Part shown: positions 1 to 12,214 of the stretch, piece after piece
Layout: each line of letters starts with the position of its first letter
Position numbering within the stretch: position 1 is the stretch's first letter
Origin: Chiloscyllium plagiosum
Lineage: Eukaryota
Length of the DNA: 64,000 nucleotides
Assembly (NCBI RefSeq): GCF_004010195.1
Contig: NC_057753.1
Coordinates: forward strand, 12,170,842 to 12,234,841
Direction of reading: 5' to 3'
Translations under genes and position numbers: made by a program
Notes under the pieces: generated by a model
The model's input: only the letters and a program-made list of their open reading frames with translations
Told to the model about the DNA's origin: nothing
The model's database searches: none

Positions 1-305
1 ACCCTAGTTCCAAACTTCCAGCTCAGCACTGTCCCCATGACTTGTCCTATCTGCCTATCTTCTTTTCCACCTATCCACTCCACCCTCCTCCCTGACCTAT
101 CACCTTCATCCCCTCCACCACTGACCTAATGTACTCCATGCTACTCTCTCCACACCCCCACCCTCCTCTAGCTTATCTCTCCACGCTTCAGGCTTTCTGC
201 CTTTATTCCTGATGAAAGGCTTTTGCCCAAAACGTCGATTTTGCTGCTCCTCGGATGTTGCCTGAACTGCTGTGCTCTTCCTGCACCACTAATCCAAAAT
301 CTACC
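1..305. mobile_element. Penelope-like retroelement tail fragment
   Basis: Pyrimidine-rich tract followed by CCTGATGAAAGGCTTTTGCCCAAAACGTCGATT...GCTGCTCCTCGGATG...CTGCTGTGCTCTTCC. The same motif family recurs inverted at about 22020-22090 and 25170-25250. Confidence 0.55.
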
Positions 306-678
306 TCTAATTGTCCAGAACAATGCGGCCATGAGCCATTTACTTGACAAACTGCAGTGCATCTGATATAGATATAGGAGTTACATTTACAATAAGTTAA
401 AGTGAAGTTAAATAAATGCGATTGCAATGTATCTGCTTAGTAAATGCAGCAAAAGCAGCATTCGATTCTACTGCTTCATTCATCAAAAATTGCCTTGAGC
501 AATAAAGCTTTGATTACAATGCAGGAGAAACATCGTCTGAAATCGTTGGATGCTGCAAATGAAATTGAAATGCAGATTCTCAGCTGCTCACAGTGTTCTC
601 CTGGGAAGGAGGACATATCTGCTTTCATTGAGCAGTATCGCGTGAAGTGTAATTGGATGTCGCAATTATTTGTACTTA

Positions 679-694
679 CAACTAGATGGCAGTG
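679..694 (+). promoter_or_regulatory. CTCF-like motif upstream of V1
   Basis: CAACTAGATGGCAGTG, about 260 bp 5' of the V1 ATG; present at the same position in all four paralogs. Confidence 0.5.
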
Positions 695-941
695 TGAATC
701 TGGGATAAATATTGACGACGTCGGCTGAAGGAGGAGTGACCTTCCAGACATTGAGCAACTTTCAATGTGAGAGGCTTGTTACAGAAACAAACACCAAGAC
801 TAAGCGTCTTCTGCAACTCCAATAGGAAGGCTTGTCTGCGATAGACGTCAAAATTTACTTGTGCAAATGTAACAATTGCGTCCAGTTCCTCAACAGAGCC
901 TTGCGGACAATTGTGTCTGCCACTGCTCTTGCAATCTGATA

Positions 942-1275
942 ATGTTCCGAATTTGCAGAGTCCTTCTGATGTTTTCCACTCTGACTTCCACGGATGTGAC
1001 TGGAGCAGGCGATGTCACGCAACTTCCTCCGTGGATGGTTGTTAGTGAAGTGGGAATTGTGTCCATGAATTGCTCCATTATCACTATGTCGGACGCAATA
1101 CACTGGTACAGACAGGTCCCGAATCAGCCACCCCAGCATCTGGTGATGGCCAAAAGGGAAAATGATCAGCCCGAGAGGATCACTGCTTCAATCAGTGGAG
1201 ATTACAAAATCAGCACCCTGACTGTGAAAGACGCCAGACTTAATGACACAGCAATCTATCTCTGTGCAATGAAGA
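942..1275 (+). CDS. TCR alpha/delta-type V gene segment V1, leader fused to V in one exon
   Basis: MFRICRVLLMFSTLTSTDVTG signal peptide runs in frame into AGDVTQLP...NC...WYRQ...DTAIYLCAMK, followed directly by an RSS. Confidence 0.9.
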
Positions 1276-1314
1276 CACAGTGTGACACACTGATGGAGAG
1301 CGTGTACTAAAACC
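1276..1314 (+). other. 23-RSS of V1
   Basis: CACAGTG + 23 bp + ACTAAAACC. Confidence 0.92.
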
Positions 1315-1739
1315 AGCACAGAGTGGGAGTTCCAGTATGGTGAGTTTGAAGTATCAGTGTTACTAATTCTGAGCGCCAAAATCTGAGACAATGGAAATAA
1401 CAGCAAAATACACCAGAAAGTATGGAACAGGTTAATTTAAAGATGGTCAAAAGTGAAGACAATTGGAGATGCGGATGGAGGTGAAGGAAGTATATGTTGG
1501 CAAACATGGAAGAGTGATGGAGAAATGGAAAAGTGGAGAGATACTTTAATAATACTTGCAGAGGGCAGAACGATGAGAAACGATTGAAGAAGAAATGGAA
1601 GAAAGAGAAAAATAACAAGGATGATGTGAAAGATCAGGTCAAATCACAGTAGAAGGAGACATGAAGGAAAAATAGTGGAATTTCCTTTAATGCAATGTAA
1701 CTTCACCGAATCTCCCACTGTCTACCTCGTGCGGGTTTC

Positions 1740-2960
1740 AAAGAATAAGAACTCAACTGGACACAACGCAGAAACTAGGATGAGTGCAGCGAGTAACATA
1801 TACTTCCTGCCTCCTGAAAGCCTGTCCACCGTCGACAAGGCACAAGTCAGTAGTGTGATGGAATACTCCCCACTTGTCTGGATGAGTGCAGCTGCAAATA
1901 ATCTGGAGATTCTTGACACCATCCAGGACAAAGCAGCCCGTTTGATTGGCACAACATTCACAAGCATCTACCGCCATTTAGCTAAGATCCTCAGATAGCA
2001 CCTTCCAAACTTGCAACCACTTCCACCTGCAAGGACAAGGATCAGCAGACATATGGGAACACCGCCACCTTAAAGATTCCGTCTCAGCCACTCACCATTG
2101 TTCTGGACTAGGCCAGTCCGCTCAAAACATTCTTAAGCAGGCAGCCCAGACCCAAAACTTTATAATGTGCTTCGATAAGCGACCAGTGAAATTTACACGC
2201 AGTAAGTTAGCGAGGTTGACTACCAGGTTTTAAAACAGGCAAAACTGTCTTCACAAAATTACGGAATGAATCACAAAGAAGAGAATATGGATGACCCACC
2301 GTAGTCAGTCTATCCAAACTAAATTAATTATGCTTTTCCGAATATACACAACAGTCCCAACAGACAACCCCCTTCAACAGAGAGTAAAATGAAACAGAGG
2401 TTTTCAGATCGAAGTTAAAAGGGCGAAGGAAAGAGAGATTAGCAGCCTGTTTCCAAACAGTCCACTACTGCGAACCTGACTAACACCAAGAATTCAGCTT
2501 CCTGGACTGACCATTACCCTTTCATAATACAGGCCACTTCTAAAACAATAAAGCTTTGGCCTAAAGTCTTATTTGTTTACGTATAAACAAAAAGGCCACC
2601 TCCCGCCCTCCACACCACAAAATCCTTTTCATCTCTGTACCAATTAAGTCGATTCGGAGCCCAGACTGTTTTACAGAAACTCTGAAAAAAAAAAGCCAAG
2701 GACACAGGTTGAGAACAGGAACAGCTTGTAGAAAAATGAACACCTTCGTGACACCATCCTGACTTGAAAATATATGGCCATTCCTTCAATGGGTCTGTGT
2801 AAAAATCTTGGATTTCCATCTGTGGCATTGTGGGTCAACCCACGGCAGGTTGACTGCAGTGGTTCAAGTAGGCAGCTCATCACCACTTTCTCAAGGGCAA
2901 CTAGGAATGGGCAATAAATGCTGGCTAGCCAGGGATGGCCACGTCTCACAAATGGATAAA
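1740..2960 (+). mobile_element. CR1/L2-like LINE 3' fragment, interrupted by a solo LTR
   Basis: Degenerate RT C-terminus (KAQVSSVMEYSPLVW...LDTIQDKAARLI). The same repeat occurs at about 4990-5650, 41700-42170 and 44230-44820. Confidence 0.6.
2099..2753 (-). mobile_element. Solo LTR with 4-bp target-site duplication
   Basis: TG...CA ends (TGTTCTGG...TTCGTGACA) flanked by CCAT at 2095-2098 and 2754-2757. Removing it restores the host repeat (CTCACCATCCTGACTTG). Confidence 0.75.
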
Positions 2961-3964
2961 TAAGTAAAAATATCATTAGTTATACAATCTAAGCATAGTC
3001 CACACAGTATGGCAGCGGGGCATTTGGCCCACCCAATCTCAGTTGGTCATCACACCAGATCGACCCTCACCCGACATCTCGTGTTGCTAATATTCCTGTC
3101 TGATCCATTATTGGACTGTGGGAGAATTCCGGAGCAAATATAGGAAACTCATGCAGACAGAGGGAAAACTTGTAAATTTCACGCAGACTGTCACCTGAGG
3201 CTGAAATCGAACCTGGCTCTTTGGTGTTTGGAGACAGGAGTGCTAACCGCTGAGCCAGCACAGCGACAGCACGCGAATGCTTCCTTGAATTCATGATTTG
3301 GTATTGCCGCACTCAGAAAGTGTTCATTTCTTGGCGCTGTAAATTTCCTTGAGATCTCGCCAGAGTACGATATAGTCACACTCACTGGGACCGTCTCTAA
3401 CGTGGTCTTCTTGTGAGCTGTTTGAATCATCAAGGCCACTTGCCTTCTCGTTTACTTTTGTGTCATCTATGGTACATTCACTTCAATCAGGATTTGGTTG
3501 GTCTGCTGACATGTATCTCTGCTCTTCCACCATTCCCAGTAAAATGAAGGAGGCTTTACAACAAAACGTTTCCTTTTTCTTTAGAATATTTAGTTGCCTT
3601 GTATGGGCGCTGCTGGCAATGCTCGACATCTGACACACTGCAGGGCATCTGATATAAACACAGCAGTTACGTGTACAATGAGACACGGTAAAGTTAACTA
3701 ATTCCGGTCACAATGGATCGTTTCAGTCAGTGCAGGAGCAAAAACATTTGATTTCACTGTTTCACTCATTGGAAATTTCGTTGCGGAATAAAGACTTGGT
3801 TACGAAGCAGTCTGAAATCGGTGGACGTTGCTCATGAATTTGAAATGCAGGGTCTCGCCTGTTCACAGTATTATACGGAGAAGGAGGCCACGTCTGTTGT
3901 TTTGAGCGGTATCCAGTGAACTGCAACTGGTGTGAGAGTTTGAAGATTGCAATTACTTATCAAC

Positions 3965-3982
3965 ACCACTAGATGTCAGTGC
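3965..3982 (+). promoter_or_regulatory. CTCF-like motif upstream of V2
   Basis: ACCACTAGATGTCAGTGC at the position homologous to the V1 motif. Confidence 0.5.
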
Positions 3983-4241
3983 GAATCCATGATAAATATC
4001 GAAGATGAGGGCTGGAGCAGGGGTGAACTTCCAGACAATGTGAACCACTGTCAGTGTGAGAGGCTTGATACAGAAGCACACACCAAAATTCAGATTCTTC
4101 AGCAACTCTACCAGGTTAAACGTGAGTTCGTCGTCAACCGTGCACTTTTCTAGTTATTTACTTGTATAAGTATAATAATTAATTGCAGTTCATCAACAAA
4201 ACTACATGGACAATTGCTTTCACCAATGTTCTAGCAATCAG

Positions 4242-4578
4242 ATGATGTTCCGAATTTGCAGTGTCCTCCTGCTGATTTCCACTCTGATCTCCGAGGAGGT
4301 GACTGGAGAAGGCGAATTGAAGCAACTTCCTCCCTGGATGGTTGTGACTGAACTGGGAATTGTGTCAATGAATTGCTCTTTTGGCACTACATTTAACACA
4401 GTGCGTTGGTACAGACAGCTCCCGAATCAGCCACCCCAGCATCTGATGATGGCGAAAAGGGAAGCTAACCCATCCGAGAGGATCACCGCTTCGATCAGTG
4501 CAGACGACAAAGTCAGTGTCCTGACTGTGAAAGACGCCAGACTTAATGACACCGCCACTTACCTCTGTGCAGAGAGGG
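4242..4578 (+). CDS. TCR alpha/delta-type V gene segment V2, leader fused to V
   Basis: MMFRICSVLLLISTLISEEVTG-EGELKQLP...NC...WYRQ...DTATYLCAER; open frame; RSS follows. Confidence 0.9.
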
Positions 4579-4617
4579 CACAGTGTCACAACAAGTGGTT
4601 GAGACTGTACTAAAACT
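4579..4617 (+). other. 23-RSS of V2
   Basis: CACAGTG + 23 bp + ACTAAAACT. Confidence 0.92.
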
Positions 4618-5990
4618 TGCATAGCTTCGGGAATTGCGTTATGCTGAGTTTGAAGGATCAGTGTTTCTCCACAATCAGAGATAAGGGAAATGAGAGCAAA
4701 TTACACGAGAAAGTATGGAACATCAAAATGTAAAGATAGTCAGACGTGATGACAATTGAATATGCGGATGGAGTTGAAGAAAGGCTATATGCAGAAATCA
4801 GAAACATTAATGGTGAAACGGGAAAGCGGATGGGTACAGTAATAATATTTGCAGAGGGCAGCATGGTGAGTAACTGTTGATGACGAAATGAAAGAAAGTG
4901 AAAAATAAAGAGCATGATGCACAGAGGTTAAAGATCAGGGTAAAGCACAACTGAAGCAAATTTGAAGGACCTATGTTGTTAGCATCATTTAATTAACCAC
5001 TGTCAACATCCTGGAGGTTTTACTGACCAAATACTCATCTGGACCCATCAAATATAAACAGTAGCGACAAGAGCAGGTCAGAGACTTAAACATTGCCGCC
5101 AGTAACATACTTCCTAACTCCCCAAAGCCTGCCACCATCTGCATGGCAGAAGTCAGGGGTGTGAGAGAACACTCCGTAATGCCCAGATGAGAGCAGTCTG
5201 AACAACACCCAAGGAGACTGACATCATCCAGGACAAAGCAGCCCGTTTGATTGGCACTACATCCATTAACATCCACTCCCTCTACCACCACGGCTCAGTC
5301 TGTACTACCTACAAGATGCAATGCAGAAGTATACCAAAGATAATCATACACAACCTTCCAATCCCACGACCACTTCCATCTCGAAGGACAATAGCCGGGA
5401 GATATTTGGGAATGCCACCACCTTCAAATTCCCTTTCAAGCCAGTCACCACCCTGATTTGGAAATATACTGACGTTCCTTCACTGTCACTTGGTCAAACT
5501 CCGATAATTCCCTCCCTAATGGCAATATAGGTCAACCGAGAACAGGTGAATTGCAGCAGTTCAAAAAGTCAGCTCAACTCCACCTTCACAAGGGCAACTA
5601 GGGACAGGTAATACGTACTGGCTAGCCAGTGGTGCCTACATCCTACAAATAAATTCATTTTTAAAATGTCAATAATTACACAAACTGAAAATAGAAATTC
5701 TGCTGTGTGGGTGCATGCCATTTGGCCCATCGAATTCACACCGAGCCTCTGAAGAGCATTATACCAAGACCCAACCTACCCCTGCATCTCCTATGTCTAA
5801 TTTACCTAACCTCCCCGTCTTTTGACTGAGGTACGAAAACAGAACAACCTCATGAAACCCATGCAGACGTAGGGAGATTGTGCAAATCCCATTCTGAGTG
5901 TGAAATCAAAACTTGGTCTTTGGTGCTATGAAGCAGCAGTGGTTAAGACTAAGCCACCGTGCCATCATCTCGAGAACGGTTATGAAAATT

Positions 5991-6490
5991 NNNNNNNNNN
6001 NNNNNNNNNNNNNNNNNNNNNNNNNNNNNNNNNNNNNNNNNNNNNNNNNNNNNNNNNNNNNNNNNNNNNNNNNNNNNNNNNNNNNNNNNNNNNNNNNNNN
6101 NNNNNNNNNNNNNNNNNNNNNNNNNNNNNNNNNNNNNNNNNNNNNNNNNNNNNNNNNNNNNNNNNNNNNNNNNNNNNNNNNNNNNNNNNNNNNNNNNNNN
6201 NNNNNNNNNNNNNNNNNNNNNNNNNNNNNNNNNNNNNNNNNNNNNNNNNNNNNNNNNNNNNNNNNNNNNNNNNNNNNNNNNNNNNNNNNNNNNNNNNNNN
6301 NNNNNNNNNNNNNNNNNNNNNNNNNNNNNNNNNNNNNNNNNNNNNNNNNNNNNNNNNNNNNNNNNNNNNNNNNNNNNNNNNNNNNNNNNNNNNNNNNNNN
6401 NNNNNNNNNNNNNNNNNNNNNNNNNNNNNNNNNNNNNNNNNNNNNNNNNNNNNNNNNNNNNNNNNNNNNNNNNNNNNNNNNNNNNNNNNN
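5991..6490. other. Assembly gap
   Basis: Run of 500 N. Confidence 1.
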
Positions 6491-6830
6491 GAGAGGCAGT
6501 TCTTCTTACCTCACTACAGCACTCGATTCAAGAGATCATCTCAACTCGCTGTGCATGAGCGAGTTCACACCATGCGACACCATTCTCCCGCCGTGAGTGT
6601 GGGAAAATATTTATCACTTCATCCAAACGTTTGGCACACCAATGATTCGCCTTGTGAATAGACCACATTCCTGTCTTGAGTGGGGGAAGGGTTTCACTAA
6701 TTCATCTGAACTGCTGATGCTTCAGCGTCTTCACACTAGAACAACGCCGTTCTTATGCCCTGAATGCCCTGGGAAAGGATTCATTGTCGTTCAATCTGGT
6801 CATACAGCAACAAATTCACAAATGAGATCT
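6491..6830 (+). pseudogene. C2H2 zinc-finger array remnant
   Basis: FKRSSQLAVHERVHT and [41 protein letters not shown] in shifting frames, with lost Cys/His residues. Confidence 0.7.
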
Positions 6831-6894
6831 CATTCATATCTTCTAACACATTGTTGTATGTCTTGGCGTATACAATGAATCAAACATTTTGCAA

Positions 6895-7073
6895 TGCAAA
6901 GATGTGCAGATCAGGTGAATTGGCCAAGCTAAATTGCCCATAGTGCTCGTTGCGTTAGGGGTAAATGTAGGGGAATGCGTCTGGGTCCGTTACTCTTCGG
7001 GGGGCCGGTATGGACTTGTTGGGCTGAAAGGCCTCTTTCTGTACTGTAGGGAATCTAATCTAATCTAATCTAA
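6895..7073 (+). mobile_element. HE1-like shark SINE, 3' part
   Basis: GATGTGCAG..AGGTGAATTGGCCAAGCTAAATTGCCC...GGCCT..TCTGTACTGTAGG with an (AATCT)n tail. Confidence 0.7.
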
Positions 7074-8029
7074 ATACTTTGAAGAAGGTCTATTTTATAT
7101 TGGTCATTGAGAAGGTGGCCACAGAGACATCCAAGATGTCAGACCGACCACGCAGTTTCCACTCGTGCAGACAACGGTTCCTAATGCTGTGGCTGGAGGG
7201 GTGTCGCCAGGAAAGAGCTTTCCACTTATCTGCTGTGATTTGATTTATTTTTATTGGGGACATCGATGTATATTTTAATGGTAGTTTGATGGAGTTTTAG
7301 GGGGACATGAGGAAAAATACATCAACCAAATGACTTGCGAAAGTTCAATTCACTGCCTTTCAGGTTGGTGGAGGAGAAACTCAAAAGATATATAACAAGA
7401 ATTTAGAAAGTCACTTACAATGTCAATAAATGTCTTCAATATCAGTGATCCTGAAAATAATTCCATTTGTTTTATCTTCCTTTACATAGTCCTACAATGC
7501 ACACATGTCTTCCCGAAACTATAAGCGTTCTGGGATTGGAAGCCACCGTATTTAAAGATTCGCATTTTTGTTTAGCTCCATGATTATAACAAATCCTGTC
7601 GAAGTAATCTCTGCAGAAACACAAACTTCTCAAATATCTGCACTCATCTCATTCAGGTCTTTTATGTATTCTTGATGTAAATTGCTTCATGACTGGGGGC
7701 CATTCTTTTCAGTTGCACATGACAAAAGTTCTGGAATTACCTCCTTAAAGTGCTCCCCCTCAATGCCTCCCTTTCCTCCTTAAATACACCCCTGAGCGAA
7801 TTCCTCCGGGACCAACATATCTGTCACCTGTTCTGGTATCACCGAGGCAAAAAAAACAAAACATTCCCGTCCTGGATACCTGAAATAAAAACCGAAATTG
7901 CTGCAGAAGCTCGGCGTGCCTGGTAGTATCTGTGGAAGAGAAACGTTTCTAATTGAGAAAGACAGTTCTACAGAACTGAAGAGACGTGGAAAATTGGTGG
8001 AATTTAGATTGTACTCAATGTTATATGAT

Positions 8030-8630
8030 CAGTTTCTCCCTCGTGTGGACTTGCTGATGTCTCAGAAGGGTGGAATGACTGAATGAATCTCTTCCACACT
8101 TCTGGCAGGTCAATAGAGTTGGCTCAGTTTGATATCACCAAAGTATTTTCTGCCCAGAACGGGAAATGAATCCCTATACTACATCGTTTCTCTGCTTTCG
8201 GAATCCAATTTGAAATAGAACATCCTTTCTTGTCCGTTCTGCTGAATCAGACATTTGAATTAAGGTTTGTCCACACAAGCAAGACAAGTACAGTTTCTCT
8301 TCACTGTGAACGGGGCTTTTTCCTCACATCTTCCAAAATCGACAAATGTTCAAATACTTTAAAATTAGACGTCTTCTCCCAGCTCTGCAAGAATGGTTGA
8401 CTCAATTTTCCATCCGTCTGTAAATTTACATTCCCTCTTCATTGCCTGTGAATTGATTTTAAATAGAAAAGCATCAGAGTGAGGACACTCAAAATTACGA
8501 AGGCAAGTTTTGAAAATGTGATGAAAGAACCTGATCATTTCTGGGGACATTACTAGGAAAACGTGACCAAGAACACCTATCGTATTGCCATTGAATCAGG
8601 AATTGTGAAGTAATACACTGGCCTCTGTAG
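8030..8630 (-). pseudogene. C2H2 zinc-finger gene remnant
   Basis: Minus strand reads VHSEEKLYLSCLCGQT and TCQKCGRDSFSHSTLLRHQQVHTREK; polypyrimidine + CAG acceptor near 8627. Confidence 0.55.
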
Positions 8631-10711
8631 AAAGAGACAAATAGGAGAGGCAGGAGAAGAATAATCGGGTTATTCCTTTCCGACAATAGCACCGGAATGT
8701 TGATAGAATCTCCCAAGCCGTTCACTTCCATCAATCAGAAGGACCAGGGCAGCAGGTCTCACACATTTCACTTCAACGCGCACACTCTCCTGTCTTGCGT
8801 AACATCTAGTACTGGAGATATCGATGACCAGTCACATCAACGAGTTCGTTCCAGGACGGAAAGAAGACCTTCGGCCCAGAGTCAATGCATCAGGTTCAGT
8901 GGCTCTTCTTCAGAACATCTGCATCGTCCCTGCGAGACACATCACCTTCATAACTCAGACATGTTTTTCGGGTGCAAAACAATGCAATGATATTCATACA
9001 AAACTACAGCCTAGTTACAGCAAAGAACGGAGGCCTTTCGATGACGCCTCAGTCCGTGTTACTCTCCCAGTTTATACTGCCTCACCTCGTTCCTCAACAA
9101 AGGTGTTGTTACACAATCTTGACAACAGGGCAGGAAAATGAAACTGCAGTCTCTTAGCTCTGTCATCATAGCTCTGACAGAGTGCAGTTGCCTGATTCAG
9201 GGGATACAATCACTTAATTCCAGCTCTTCTGAAGCAACCTATCTCTTTAGACTTATACTGGTACAGCTTCTTTCATTCAATCAGGGATCTGTTCTCACTT
9301 AACAATAACTTAATGGCGACAGCTTTCACGTAAGCAAAGCGTCTCGGAGTTTCACAGGAATTTCAGGTCATATTTAATCACATGACCGAATGCTTGGCCA
9401 AAGCGATCAGTTGTAGTGAGTGTTTTCAAGGAGGAAAACAAAGTAAAAGGTTTGCAAATATTTTGGGAGAAAATTCTAGGTTTCAGGGTCCAGGCAGCTC
9501 AGCAGGAGGGTATTCGAAATCGGCAATGAAGTGTGTTCGGAATCGGTGTTCTATGCACGTGGGCCCACAGCCAGAAATATGCGGATACTGGAGATCGAAA
9601 CTAATGATATTCAAGTGTTGGAGAGATTCAGCACATCTGGCAGCATTTGTAGAACACGTTTCAAAGGTGAATCTTTGGAATCGGAGCATTAACTATCTCT
9701 GTCTCTGTGAATGCTACCAGCGCTGCCGACTTCCTGATGTGCTTGCTCTTTTAATAAAGGTCTTACAATCTTCTTGTTTATTGACATGTTGTAAAGTGAA
9801 CGCTAGCTGAATCCACCTGTGCAATGGATAGGGATTCACTTTAACAAACTTTTAAAAAGTCCGAATCTCAGTGTTTCACCCAGAAGAGGTTTTAGCAGCG
9901 GTTAAAGGGGAAATAAACAAAGTGCAGTCATAGAACACAAATAGGAACATTCACAAGAGATCACACATCGTTATCTATTGGTAAAATCGTAGATGAAAAA
10001 CATTCAGAATCCACAACCAACGCTAAACCCTCGTCCAGAGAGGAAGAGCAATGATACTTCATCAGACTAATTGTTGGAATGGTCGGATTGTCCCTACAGT
10101 AAACTCCATCTGAATCCTCTACTGTATGGAAGAATGGGCGATAATCTTATTAAAACATGGAAAATCTTTCTCGGGTTAAATTATGACAGCAGTCAGAAAG
10201 GACTGTTGTAGAAACGGTTTGTTTGAATGTCTGAGAAAGTTAATTCATCATGTAAGTTCTGTGCGTTCACCACAACATTCTGACTGGACGATATCATTTT
10301 TGTCATCCTGACCTCAGTTGCATGACTGAGTGTAGCCACGTGCTTTAAGGTTCAGGTATCCTGATCAGATGTTTGACTAGGGTCCCACAGAGGTGCTCAA
10401 CATTAAATAATCACCAGCCCTATTGAATTAACATGAGGTGGGGGTGAGGCAGGGAGTTAAAGAAACTGATGCTGGGGACAGTGGAGTGGGGAACGCTGTT
10501 TTTGACTCCTTGCAGCATCATACCTCCACATTCTTTGTTCAACACATATGACTAAATAAACATGGATCGGGTACCCAGCTCATTACTGCGGGGCCAAGAA
10601 GGATTGCACCATGGCTGACAGAAAATGTCCTCACCTTCAACCCAAACCCCTCCCTTTGTTCATTGCGCGAGTGTGGGAGGTGGCTACATATCTAGTTCAC
10701 AGAGCTTGTGA

Positions 10712-10721
10712 AGTGACATAA
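10712..10721 (+). promoter_or_regulatory. TCR V promoter decamer/CRE-like site
   Basis: AGTGACATAA, a 9/10 match to AGTGAYRTCA, about 200 bp upstream of the NAR-TCR leader. Confidence 0.4.
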
Positions 10722-10919
10722 AACTGTCTGTTCCCTGCTCAAAACCTACTTATTCAAACAGTGCACGCCCAGAGACCTTGATTCCACAGGGCTCATTAAT
10801 CACCTCGTGGACACTGAAAAACAACCCAATTCATCTGAAATGCTTCAGTACAGGTCACGAAAGAAAATCCCAGAATAATTTGTCTTCCCATCATCAAACT
10901 ATCAGCTCCAAACACGGGA

Positions 10920-10965
10920 ATGATGGGCATCCTCCATGGTTTGATCCTGTATGTTGGTTTACCCT
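10920..10965 (+). CDS. NAR-TCR V leader exon
   Basis: MMGILHGLILYVGLP followed by a phase-1 GTGAGT donor. Confidence 0.85.
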
Positions 10966-11114
10966 GTGAGTATCGATCACAGAAACAAACATTGCATGAA
11001 ATTTAAAATACACTGTTGCCGATTTCGTTCACATTACAGGGATGGTCTGCAGTTTTCACTGCGTTGTATCGGTCAGTTCTAATGTCCGCTCATTTCTCTC
11101 TGTTTAATTTCCAG

Positions 11115-11401
11115 GTTATTTCAGTCAGTCAGTGACACAGAGCCCAGTAGCGGTTAATAAGAAGGAGTGTCAGTCTCTCACCATCAACTGTGTTTTTAAA
11201 AGTCGTTCTGTTCATCATTTTGAGAGTGGACATTTCTTTAGACAAACGCGGACAGCAACGGAATGGAAGCGGATCTCCAGTGGTGGGAGATTCGTTATGT
11301 TCACAGATAAAGCACAAAATTTATTTTCGTTGGAAATTCGGGATGTCAGAGTTGAAGACACCGCCACCTATTACTGTAAAGCTCGGTACCGGTACTACAC
11401 A
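11115..11401 (+). CDS. NAR-TCR V (IgNAR-like V domain)
   Basis: TTTCCAG acceptor in phase with the leader. SVTQSP...KECQSLTINC...FFRQ...KRISSGGRF...EDTATYYCKA has VNAR-like short Cys-Cys spacing with no CDR2 and a non-canonical FR1 Cys. RSS at 11402-11439 is CACAGTG + 22 bp + TCAAAAACT. Confidence 0.88.
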
Positions 11402-11741
11402 CACAGTGATGGGCCTCGGCTTCCCGTCGCTCAAAAACTCTCACTGGAGATTGTTACAGAAACAAATTGACAACTGAGCCAATCTGCCCAGAAAATCCCA
11501 CATTTCTGCTTCTCAGCTGCAAGTCAACCAATTTGCAATTAGACTGCATTATTGTTTATAAAATGTGTGTTTCACTGATAACAAGTGCGCTCTGATGGTG
11601 ATGTCTTTTTTCAAGGCTTGTGTGGGTGAATCGAAGTTAGGAATGATTGATCACAATTAAAGGAGACTGACGTGAGAAGTCTAACAACTGGAATCGGGAT
11701 TGCAAATCAGCTGTCATATCCAACTCCCAACAAGCCCTTGG

Positions 11742-11813
11742 AAGTTTTACACAGACTTATAGCACTGTCTCAAGTTGGAGCAAGACACAGTGAAAGGAGC
11801 CAGATCATATACC
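11742..11813 (+). other. NAR-TCR D segment (11770-11785) with 12/12 RSS
   Basis: AAGTTTTAC-12-CACTGTC [TCAAGTTGGAGCAAGA] CACAGTG-12-TCATATACC, midway between V and J. Confidence 0.8.
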
Positions 11814-12125
11814 TCTTTACAATTAAATTACAAATTCTCCGTCCCCAATAGTTAATTGTCAGCTTGAAGTTCACTTCGCTGTAATGCAGGTTGATATCTT
11901 TTCAATCTGCAGCAAGCACTAATTTCTTTACTCGATTCTTCTTCGCTGATATGAAGTGAAAATCAACCTCATGTATTCCTGTGCCATTTGAGAGAAGAAC
12001 AAGAGATTAGCTTGAGCCAAAGCAAACTTGGACACAGAGGACATGGTCTATTTATCTAAATCTCGTGAATAATTAGTTTGTTCAAGCAGCGTGCTGATGA
12101 TTTTTTGATGTTTTGAGGTACCACT

Positions 12126-12214
12126 GGTTCTTGTACGGAGGAGACTGAGAGGAGTATTGCTGTGTTATTATGACCATGTAGATGGATCCGGAACGGCGGT
12201 GACTGTCACAGCTG
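12126..12214 (+). CDS. NAR-TCR J segment (12165-12214) with 23-RSS
   Basis: GGTTCTTGT-23-TGCTGTG, then YYDHVDGSGTAVTVTA and a GTAAGT donor. The DGxGT motif is IgNAR-J-like. Confidence 0.88.

Noticed and set aside
444-728. 94-aa ORF with a paralog at 43217-43453
   Set aside because: It lies in the duplicated V upstream flank, has no domain, and the frame is not kept upstream of V2 or V5. Conservation reflects the duplication.
876-941. N-terminal extensions of the V ORFs in the ORF track
   Set aside because: They use upstream or alternative starts and are hydrophilic. The signal peptide begins at the conserved MF(R/Q)I Met.
5900-6661. Long ORFs crossing N runs (also 27474-28313 and 55462-56087)
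   Set aside because: Artefacts of translating assembly gaps.
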